The notes under the pieces were generated by a model. The model worked only from the letters and a program-made list of their open reading frames with translations. It was not told the origin of the DNA and searched no databases. Below are positions 19,894 through 28,309 of a stretch of DNA of 64,000 bases, piece after piece. The stretch covers positions 12,436-76,435 of the forward strand of contig CAYVBJ010000013.1 of assembly GCA_964449075.1 (NCBI GenBank), given 5' to 3'. The stretch is from an uncultured Balneolaceae bacterium. GTDB taxonomy: Bacteria; Bacteroidota; Rhodothermia; Balneolales; Balneolaceae. How positions within the stretch are numbered: the stretch's first letter is position 1; the number at the start of each line of letters is the position of its first letter. A program made the translations under genes and the position numbers.

Positions 19894-20988
19894 TTAACCA
19901 GGAATTTTTAAGATATCCGAAAGCACTCCGGCAGCGGTTACTTCTTTGCCCGCACCGGGACCCTGGATGATCAGGGGCTGGTCGTAGTAACGATTGGTTT
20001 TGATCTGAATCAGGTTGTTGGTTCCGGACAATTGTCCGATGGGCGACTCTTTGTCTGTCTCCCGGATTCCAATCCGGATGGAATCATTCGTAAATCTGCC
20101 GGCATAACGTAAGGTTTTACCGGTATTCTGAGATTTTTCAAGCCGCTCTTTCCAATAGTTATCCACTTGGTGCAGTTGCTGTAAAAACGTAGTTGAGTCG
20201 GCATTCTGCAGAAAATCGGGGATGAGAGATTCGACGTGAATCTGGTTTCGTTCCAGTTTCTGCCCGCAAGTCCTGGCCAGGATCAGAAATTTACGTGCCA
20301 CATCTTCGCCTGAAAGATCATCCCTCGGATCTGGTTCAGCATAACCGAGAGCTCTCGCCTGCACTACTGCTTCACTGAACGAGGCGCCTTTTCCAAGTTC
20401 ATCAAAAAGATAGGTCATAGTCCCTGAAAGCACACCACTAATTTCAACAATTTCATCTCCCGATTCAATCAAGTTACGGATAGGTTCAAGAACCGGCAGT
20501 CCCGCACCTACAGTTGTTTCATAATGATACTGAATACCGTTGGAATTCGCAGCTTCCAAAAGTGAGTCGAAGTAAAGCTGACTTTTGGTATTGGCAATTT
20601 TACTGGGAGTTACGATGTGAATTCCGGATTTGAGAATCGTCTCGTAAAGCCCGGCTACTTCCTGGCTTCCTGTTGCATCCACAAAAACGAGATTCTGATC
20701 AGAAAGCAGGTCAAGAGTATCCAGAACAGAGTCCCACTTTTTTGTTTTACCTCTGTAAAGCGTATCCGACAATTCAGAGACAGATTCGCCCCCGGATCTC
20801 CAGTTCACTTTTTCCCGGTTGCAAATGCCAATGATATTCAACGAAATATCACGATGTTCCAGGCTTTCAATCTGGTGCAACAGCGTACCGCCTATGGCCC
20901 CCACACCGGCCAGGAATATATTTAATCTCTTTTTGCTGATACCTTTTTGTTCAGCATGTTTTTTCAGTGCCAGAATTTGTTTTGTCAT
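19894..20988 (-). CDS. hom: Homoserine dehydrogenase
   Basis: 364 aa with an N-terminal NAD fold LAGVGAIGGTL and the signature region GYAEPDPRDDLSGEDVARKFLILAR. It is directly downstream of metX. Confidence 0.85.
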   Translation of the reverse strand: MTKQILALKKHAEQKGISKKRLNIFLAGVGAIGGTLLHQIESLEHRDISLNIIGICNREKVNWRSGGESVSELSDTLYRGKTKKWDSVLDTLDLLSDQNLVFVDATGSQEVAGLYETILKSGIHIVTPSKIANTKSQLYFDSLLEAANSNGIQYHYETTVGAGLPVLEPIRNLIESGDEIVEISGVLSGTMTYLFDELGKGASFSEAVVQARALGYAEPDPRDDLSGEDVARKFLILARTCGQKLERNQIHVESLIPDFLQNADSTTFLQQLHQVDNYWKERLEKSQNTGKTLRYAGRFTNDSIRIGIRETDKESPIGQLSGTNNLIQIKTNRYYDQPLIIQGPGAGKEVTAAGVLSDILKIPG

Positions 20989-20990
20989 AA

Positions 20991-22043
20991 CTATTGAATG
21001 GCTGCAGATTTATTGGTTTTGGTAAATTGACGGATAATTTTGTTCAGTTGTTCGAATTCAATCAGAAAAGCATCGTGGCCATGGTAGGATGATATCTCCC
21101 GGTATGTTCCGTTGGCGAGCAGTTTGGCGAGCTCTTTCTGTTCTTCAACAGGGTAGAGGAAGTCGGAGTCCACCCCAACTACAAGAACCGGAATCTTAAC
21201 ACGGTTAAGAATGAATTCATCGGAACCTCTGCCGCGCGCCGCGTTGTGCGTATCCATTGCCTTTGTAAGATTGATATACGAATGCGCGTCGAACCGTTTA
21301 ACAAGCTTTTCTCCCTGGTAATTCAGATAGGATTCAATTTGAAACAGATTCCCGGTTTCGTCTTGTAGTTTTCTGCTGAACTTGCGTTCAAAGTCGGCAG
21401 GGGACCTGTAGGTGATCATTGCCATCATCCGGGCTGCCGATAGTCCCCGGGCAGGCTGCTGTTCCAGTTCATAGTTTCCGCCATTCCAGGCCGGATCAGC
21501 TTTGATTGCACTGCGCTGCGCATGGCTGATGCCAATAGCCCACGGTGTGTGCTCTTTCCCCATGGCTATGCAAACGGCCGACCCGGGGCGGTGATCCATG
21601 ATCGCAAATTCCAATGCCTGCATACCGCCGAGGGAGCCGCCGATTACAAATTCAATACCGCGGATATCAAGCTGATCGAGAAGGAGCTGCTGAAACCGTA
21701 CCAAATCGCGGATAGTCAGTTCCGGAAAATCATTTCTGTAAGGCTTGCTTGTTTTTGGATTCTCGGTCCACGGTCCCACAGATCCGTAACAGCTGCCCGG
21801 CACGTTGATACAGATTACAAAATGAGTTTCCGGGTTAAAAATTCCATCGGGAGCAAAAAATCCCCAGAACCACTCATCAGCTGCAGCATGCCCCGTGAGC
21901 GCATGACAGATAAGAATCACATTATCACGCGACTCATTCAGCTCCCCCCAGGTTTTAAAAGCCGCGTCCGCCTGTTCAAAACGATGACCCGATTCGGTGA
22001 TAAAGGGTTCCGTAAGTTTTGTTTTTGTGATGCCTTCGTTCAT
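20991..22043 (-). CDS. metX: Homoserine O-acetyltransferase
   Basis: 350 aa alpha/beta hydrolase with the nucleophile elbow GGSLGGMQALEF and a C-terminal HGHDAFL, typical of MetX. Confidence 0.9.
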   Translation of the reverse strand: MNEGITKTKLTEPFITESGHRFEQADAAFKTWGELNESRDNVILICHALTGHAAADEWFWGFFAPDGIFNPETHFVICINVPGSCYGSVGPWTENPKTSKPYRNDFPELTIRDLVRFQQLLLDQLDIRGIEFVIGGSLGGMQALEFAIMDHRPGSAVCIAMGKEHTPWAIGISHAQRSAIKADPAWNGGNYELEQQPARGLSAARMMAMITYRSPADFERKFSRKLQDETGNLFQIESYLNYQGEKLVKRFDAHSYINLTKAMDTHNAARGRGSDEFILNRVKIPVLVVGVDSDFLYPVEEQKELAKLLANGTYREISSYHGHDAFLIEFEQLNKIIRQFTKTNKSAAIQ

Positions 22044-22072
22044 AGTTGTTTGGTTTAATTTCGTTTTAACAA

Positions 22073-22225
22073 TTCATCTGACGACTGAGGCCCAGGTATT
22101 GCTATGACCACGATCCAACAAGTCGTCTGATGAATCTCTGTGACAGCAATCCAGCCACCGCCATTCGCCGGACGACCTGAAAAATCCTGCCACTGGGTTC
22201 ATCCAGCCCTCAGTCGTCAGGCGAA
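22073..22225. repeat. 153-bp double-hairpin repeat, copy A
   Basis: By hand alignment it is 138/153 identical, without indels, to 22816-22968 in direct orientation. It contains four arms built on GACGAC/GTCGTC. Confidence 0.9.
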
Positions 22226-22231
22226 ACCTTT

Positions 22232-22768
22232 CTATTGCACAAACTGAACTTCACCTTCAACAGGTACCGGGTTTTTGATAATATCTAACACCGGGCACCG
22301 GGCGAATGACAGCTCCCGGAGTTTATCAAGTTTTTTTTGATCGGTTTCGTTTGTTTTAATTTTGGTGATATAGTTAATATCAGTAAAACCGGAACGAGCG
22401 TCAGTCAGGTTTAAAAATCCGTGTAGATCGATATTTCCATCAACCTCTACCGTCACTTCCGTAACATCTATTCCAAGTGCAATCGCATTGGCTTTTACAA
22501 CAATTTCCTGGCAGGCAGCAAGTGCTCCTAAAACATATTCAACAGGATTTGGTCCCGCATCTGTACCGCCAAGGCCTTCCGGTTCATCAGATTTAAAATT
22601 GAAATTCCGCACCTGCACATCAGTTAAAAAACTGTGTTCAAGTTTTGATTTTGCACTGAATGTTGCTTTGGCGCTGGCGGGATTTTCCCCGATCTTTTTA
22701 ACAACTTGCGTTATTACCTGACCGATTTCCCGGTCAGTCCGTTTTTTTTCTATGGTTGTAGTGCTCAT
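22232..22768 (-). CDS. OsmC/Ohr-family protein (peroxiredoxin-like)
   Basis: 178 aa with an OsmC-like core (GGTDAGPNPVEYVLGALAACQ ... FARCPV) carrying the two conserved Cys. Confidence 0.85.
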   Translation of the reverse strand: MSTTTIEKKRTDREIGQVITQVVKKIGENPASAKATFSAKSKLEHSFLTDVQVRNFNFKSDEPEGLGGTDAGPNPVEYVLGALAACQEIVVKANAIALGIDVTEVTVEVDGNIDLHGFLNLTDARSGFTDINYITKIKTNETDQKKLDKLRELSFARCPVLDIIKNPVPVEGEVQFVQ

Positions 22769-22815
22769 GGTTGAGTGATTGATATTATGGTTTTTGTTAT
22801 CTGAAAATTCTTCTA

Positions 22816-22968
22816 TTCATCTGACGACCGAGACAGTGGTACTGCTAAGACCGCGATCCAACAAGTCGTCTGATGAATATTCGTGGCAGCAATCCAGCCA
22901 CCGCTATTCGCCGGACGACCTGAAAAATCCTGCCACTGGGTTTATCCAGCCATCAGTCGTCAGGCGAA
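22816..22968. repeat. 153-bp double-hairpin repeat, copy B
   Basis: Direct repeat of 22073-22225. The 15 differences cluster mostly in the hairpin loops. Confidence 0.9.
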
Positions 22969-23117
22969 TTATATATATGCCTCCCGTACACATCTGAAGG
23001 TGTTTAAGCCAGTTCCTTCCCCTCTCGAGAGGGGACAGAATACTGCAAAAAGGCGTAGCCTGATTTGCAGTATACAGGGGTGTGTTCGGGACGTGTTAAA
23101 GATCATCAAACCTCCGA

Positions 23118-24449
<1,332 letters not shown>

Positions 24450-24493
24450 TTATTAATGGTTAGCGTAAAGTAACTTTTAGAAAATATTTCTGT

Positions 24494-24973
24494 TCAGATT
24501 TTTCTTTTTGGACGTATCAGGAATTGATGATCTACTTTCATACACCTGCTTTGAATCAGTTTTTTCCCGGCTTTTTCGGCTCTTTCTTTCTGCTCCGGAT
24601 GTACTCCGGTGCCAAGTTGCAGCCAGATAGCTTTCGGATCAATTTCGAGAGCCTGGTTTACCACTTCGGGTATGTAATCGGGACGGATGAATACGTCCAC
24701 AACATCAACTTGTAAGGGAATGGATTTTAAATCCGGGTACGCTTTTTCACCGAGTATTTCATCCGCGCCCGGATTCACGGGGATAATTTTATAACCGGCA
24801 TTCTGCAGATAGCGGCCAACATAGTAACTGTCTTTATGCTGGTTGCGCGAAATACCGACAATGGCGATTGTCTCTGTTTCATCCAGCAGATGTTCGATTT
24901 CATCCGTTTCTTCTGAGAGCTCCGTTGTTGCCCTCATCTTTTTGTCGTACCAGTCGTTAAATGTTGATCTCAA
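24494..24973 (-). CDS. CoA-binding domain protein (YccU/YneT-like)
   Basis: 159 aa with a Rossmann-like IAIVGISRNQHKDSYYVGRYLQNAGYKIIPVNP. It is the first ORF after the SAM-I riboswitch. Confidence 0.8.
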   Translation of the reverse strand: MRSTFNDWYDKKMRATTELSEETDEIEHLLDETETIAIVGISRNQHKDSYYVGRYLQNAGYKIIPVNPGADEILGEKAYPDLKSIPLQVDVVDVFIRPDYIPEVVNQALEIDPKAIWLQLGTGVHPEQKERAEKAGKKLIQSRCMKVDHQFLIRPKRKI

Positions 24974-25005
24974 TTGTTGTTAATTGTGTTTGATTTATAT
25001 GATTC

Positions 25006-25070
25006 CAAAAAAAAACCTCTTCTGAATTTCTGTCCCGTAAGTGCCGGGAAAAGATTTCAGAAGAGGTTTT
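25006..25070 (-). terminator. Expression-platform terminator of the SAM-I riboswitch
   Basis: Minus strand: a long hairpin with arms AAACCUCUUCUGAAAU and AUUCAGAAGAGGUUU, followed by a U8-9 run. The 5' arm AACCUCU can alternatively pair with AGAGGUU from the 3' strand of aptamer helix P1, forming an antiterminator. Confidence 0.8.
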
Positions 25071-25092
25071 TGGATTTCAAAAATTACTCAAC

Positions 25093-25226
25093 CTCTCATC
25101 TTTCCCCAAAACGTGCCGGGGCAGGAAGTAGCACCTGACTCCCCGACAAATTTTTCAAAGAAAATTAGTCGGGGACGGTTGCCAAGGCTTCACAGGGCCT
25201 GATCCCTCCGCCTTTCTCTATAAGAG
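25093..25226 (-). promoter_or_regulatory. SAM-I (S-box) riboswitch aptamer
   Basis: The minus strand reads CUCUUAUAGAGAAAGGCGGAGGGAUCAGGCCCUGUGAAGCCUUGGCAACC...GGUGCUACUUCCUGCCCC...GGGGAAAGAUGAGAG. This matches the S-box consensus (P1 CUCUUAU/AGAUGAGAG, GGCGGAGGGA-xx-GGCCC, GCAACC, GGUGCUA). It is upstream of met genes. Confidence 0.9.
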
Positions 25227-25265
25227 TTCAAAAAAATTTTAAAAGAACATTTCTGAAAACCATAA

Positions 25266-25300
25266 ACGAAAAAAGCCCTGCGAATGAACGGAGGGCTTTT
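25266..25300 (-). terminator. Intrinsic terminator-like hairpin between the mini-ORF and the SAM-I aptamer
   Basis: Minus strand AAAAGCCCUCCG-UUCAUU-CGCAGGGCUUUUUU. It has a 5-bp GC core, then one C-C mismatch, then 2 bp, with an A/U extension and a U-run. Confidence 0.6.
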
Positions 25301-25328
25301 AGAATAAAAAAATCGTAAACCCGCCGCT

Positions 25329-25403
25329 TTATGTATGCATATACATACAACAAATCATTCCCATGATTTTACAGCAACAGATATGTACGATTTCGGTTTT
25401 CAT
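25329..25403 (-). CDS. 24-codon Cys/Met-rich mini-ORF (candidate leader peptide)
   Basis: Hand translation of the minus strand from ATG 25403 gives MKTEIVHICCCKIMGMICCMYMHT, with stop TAA at 25331-25329. The ORF is too short to appear in the ORF track. Confidence 0.5.
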   Translation of the reverse strand: MKTEIVHICCCKIMGMICCMYMHT

Positions 25404-25725
25404 AGCAATGAATGATAATGGTTTTCAGGATAAGAATAAAATCAAATTTTAAAGTGTTTCAAATCAGGCAGAAAAAAACTCAGCGGCACACTGCGCTGAA
25501 CACCGCGCGACACTTTGGTTCCCTTCTGCGATGCACTTCGCAAGGGTGGTAAATTGAAGGTAAAGCAGATCTCGAAATCATGAATTTCAGCCGATTGTTG
25601 GGCTTTCGAGGTTTGGAACCCCGGCGTAGCGCAGAGGTTTCGCAGAGTTACACAGAGTTGTGCGATGTTTATTTTTAAAAATGCTATTTTGTTTGGTATC
25701 AATTTCGATTTAAATACCAAATGAA

Positions 25726-27414
25726 ATGTCCGGAAAGCTGTTTTTACTGTTTATTCTGAATTTTCTCTATACCTTTTCGATATCTGCCCAGAACGGTCTT
25801 GTCTATGAATCGGGCGGGGAACTGATTTATGAACAGGCGGCCTATGATGTAAAACACTACAAACTTGATTTGAAGATTAACCCGGCTGACAGTACGATTT
25901 CGGGTCATACTGATCTGAGTGCAGAAATTGTGTCTCCCACAAACAGAATCGCTCTTGATTTGCATCCGGATATGAAAATATCCAGGATTGAATGGCTGAA
26001 CTGGAGTGATATTTCGGAGCTTCCATTTTCGAGGGCTGGTTCAGATAAAAAATTTATGATACATTTTCCGGCAACACTGCAGCCGGGAGAAAATATTTCT
26101 ATTCGGATATATTATGAGGGAAAACCACGGGTTGCACCGAATCCGCCGTGGGATGGCGGGTTTGTCTGGTCAGAAACATCCGCAGGCGAACCCTGGATTA
26201 GTGTGGCAAACCAGACTACAGGTGCCTGGCTCTGGTGGCCAAATAAGGATCATCCGTCCGATAAACCGGATTCTGTGAATCTGCATTTCACCTTACCGGA
26301 AGGTTTGAAAGTGGCCTCCAACGGCAGGCTGCAAGAGGTATCGGTTAAAGAGGATGGCTGGGTCCGGTGGAGCTGGCATGTATCAACGCCCATAAATAAT
26401 TACAATATCTCTGTAAATGCGGCACCTTATGAAATTCTTACGGATACCTACCAAAGCATTGCAGGGGATGAAATAGAAATGACATTCTGGGTATTGCCTG
26501 AGTTTTTAGAACAGGGGAAAGACCTCTTTCCACAATTTGCAGAACAATTGCGGTTTATGGAAGAGCTTGCAGGACCCTACCCGTTCCGGGCTGATAAATT
26601 CGGAGTGGTTCACACTCCCTACCTCGGAATGGAACATCAGACGATTATATCATACGGGGCGAATTTTGAAGATGATAATCTGTTCGGCCTGAACAATGAA
26701 TTTGACGACCTGTTTCAGCATGAGCTGGCACATGAGTGGTGGGGAAACCTGGTCAGTGTGTGGGACTGGAGTGATTTCTGGATTCATGAAGGGTTCGGAA
26801 CCTATATGCAGGCACTTTATGCTGAGCATCTGAATGGCAAACGGGAATATCAAAAAACAATGGAATTATTCAGGCAGCGGATTAATTCTTCTTCACCTGT
26901 GGCCCCCTTACGGAAAATGTCTACAGCTGAAATAACAGAAGGAAATCGCGGCGGAGATGTTTACTACAAAGGCGCATGGATTCTTCACACACTGCGTTAC
27001 CTGATCGGAGATGATCATTTTTTTGAATCGCTGCGCCGTTTTGCTTACCCCGACCCGGCAATGGAGGAGCAGATTGATGGTTCACAGGTTCGGTTTGTGA
27101 CGTCCGAAGATTATATAAAAATCACGGAGAAAATATCAGGAATAGAACTTGGCTGGTTCTTTGATCTCTATTTAAGAGAAAGTGAATTGCCTGAATTGGT
27201 ACATGAGGTAACGGATCAACAAAAATTAAAACTGAGATGGGAGCTGCCCGGAGACAGAAGATTTCCAATGCCTTTGGATGTGAGTATAAATGGCAAAACA
27301 GAAAGAATTATAATTGATGGCAAAACTGAAATCGCAATTAAGCAAAATGCTGAAGTAGATATAGACCCCGAAAACCGGGTGTTAAAAAAAGAAAAGTCAG
27401 CTTCCCAGCAGTGA
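25726..27414 (+). CDS. M1-family zinc metallopeptidase (aminopeptidase N-like), secreted
   Basis: 562 aa with a signal peptide, the HEXXH motif in HELAHEWWGN, and the downstream Glu ligand region WIHEGFGTY. Confidence 0.85.
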   Translation: MSGKLFLLFILNFLYTFSISAQNGLVYESGGELIYEQAAYDVKHYKLDLKINPADSTISGHTDLSAEIVSPTNRIALDLHPDMKISRIEWLNWSDISELPFSRAGSDKKFMIHFPATLQPGENISIRIYYEGKPRVAPNPPWDGGFVWSETSAGEPWISVANQTTGAWLWWPNKDHPSDKPDSVNLHFTLPEGLKVASNGRLQEVSVKEDGWVRWSWHVSTPINNYNISVNAAPYEILTDTYQSIAGDEIEMTFWVLPEFLEQGKDLFPQFAEQLRFMEELAGPYPFRADKFGVVHTPYLGMEHQTIISYGANFEDDNLFGLNNEFDDLFQHELAHEWWGNLVSVWDWSDFWIHEGFGTYMQALYAEHLNGKREYQKTMELFRQRINSSSPVAPLRKMSTAEITEGNRGGDVYYKGAWILHTLRYLIGDDHFFESLRRFAYPDPAMEEQIDGSQVRFVTSEDYIKITEKISGIELGWFFDLYLRESELPELVHEVTDQQKLKLRWELPGDRRFPMPLDVSINGKTERIIIDGKTEIAIKQNAEVDIDPENRVLKKEKSASQQ

Positions 27415-28308
27415 ATCAAGCATTCCCTTGTTTTTGGATTTGTCTTTATAGACGAGAAGCGGGACTCCAAAGCCATAGTTAACAATTTTGTCTGACAAAT
27501 CTTCGTGAAGGAATGAAGCCATAGTCCGCTTGCTTTTGGAACCGACAACAATCAGGTCTGCCTGGACCTGGATTGACTGATCATAGATTTTATTCTGGAT
27601 TCTATCCTGTTTATTCAGGGTAAATACTACTTCTGTATCCTCAGTAAATCCTTTCTCTTTTTTGAATTCATCATACTTTTCTTTCAGCTGCTTACTCATC
27701 TTTTCTTCAAATTCATTTGATGGTAAAAAAGGAAAAAATTGTGCCGGGTAATCGTATACATGCTGTAAAAGTACATTTGCATCCGTTCTGTTTGCCAAAT
27801 CTTCAGAAAAACGAATAGCGGCTGCCGAGTGATCATTGAAATTGAAAGGTGTTAAAATCTGGTGAAGCTGATATCGGGAGGATTCAGGAACAAACAGAAC
27901 CGAACCGGGAACGTAACGCACAATTTTTTTTGAAAGAATTCCTTCGCCCTTAAATTTCTCTTTCTTACCCAAAACAAGCAGGTCCGGGTTTTGTTTTTTT
28001 ATCTGCTTGATAATTGCATTGGTCGGATCACCCTCATCGAGTACAAGTTGAGTAGATTCAAAATTCTTAAATGCTGAAGATATCTTCTCTTCCAGTTCTT
28101 GTTTGATAACAGAACTCAAGTCTTCCGGATCTTCAATTTCCGGAAACAGTTCCTGCATCTCTTTCGAAATATTCGCAGATTCAAGAATATGCATAAACGT
28201 AATTTTTTCCGGGTTTAGCTTTGAAGCCAGGAAACTTGTATAACCCAACAGTAAATCGTCCATATTAGTAAGATCAAGACTAACCAGCCAGCTTTTAGAT
28301 GTTTCCAT
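27397..28308 (-). CDS. Universal stress protein, tandem UspA domains
   Basis: 303 aa with two Usp-like halves (LVLGKKEKFKGEGILSKKIVRYVPGSVLFVP and VVGSKSKRTMASFLHEDLSDKIVNYGFGVPLLV). Its start is 1 nt after the BCCT stop. Confidence 0.8.
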   Translation of the reverse strand: METSKSWLVSLDLTNMDDLLLGYTSFLASKLNPEKITFMHILESANISKEMQELFPEIEDPEDLSSVIKQELEEKISSAFKNFESTQLVLDEGDPTNAIIKQIKKQNPDLLVLGKKEKFKGEGILSKKIVRYVPGSVLFVPESSRYQLHQILTPFNFNDHSAAAIRFSEDLANRTDANVLLQHVYDYPAQFFPFLPSNEFEEKMSKQLKEKYDEFKKEKGFTEDTEVVFTLNKQDRIQNKIYDQSIQVQADLIVVGSKSKRTMASFLHEDLSDKIVNYGFGVPLLVYKDKSKNKGMLDSLLGS

Positions 28309-28309
28309 T

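Noticed and set aside
19458-19911. Three short ORFs (66-87 aa) in the hom/HAD spacer
   Set aside because: They mutually overlap on both strands, are repeat-derived and have no motifs.
21522-22058. 178-aa plus-strand ORF
   Set aside because: It is entirely antisense to metX, which has strong family motifs, and it has no recognisable motif of its own.
25442-25720. 92-aa minus-strand ORF upstream of the mini-ORF
   Set aside because: It runs through the CGCAGAG/CACAGAG word repeats and abuts the M1 peptidase start. It has no motifs and is probably repeat-generated.
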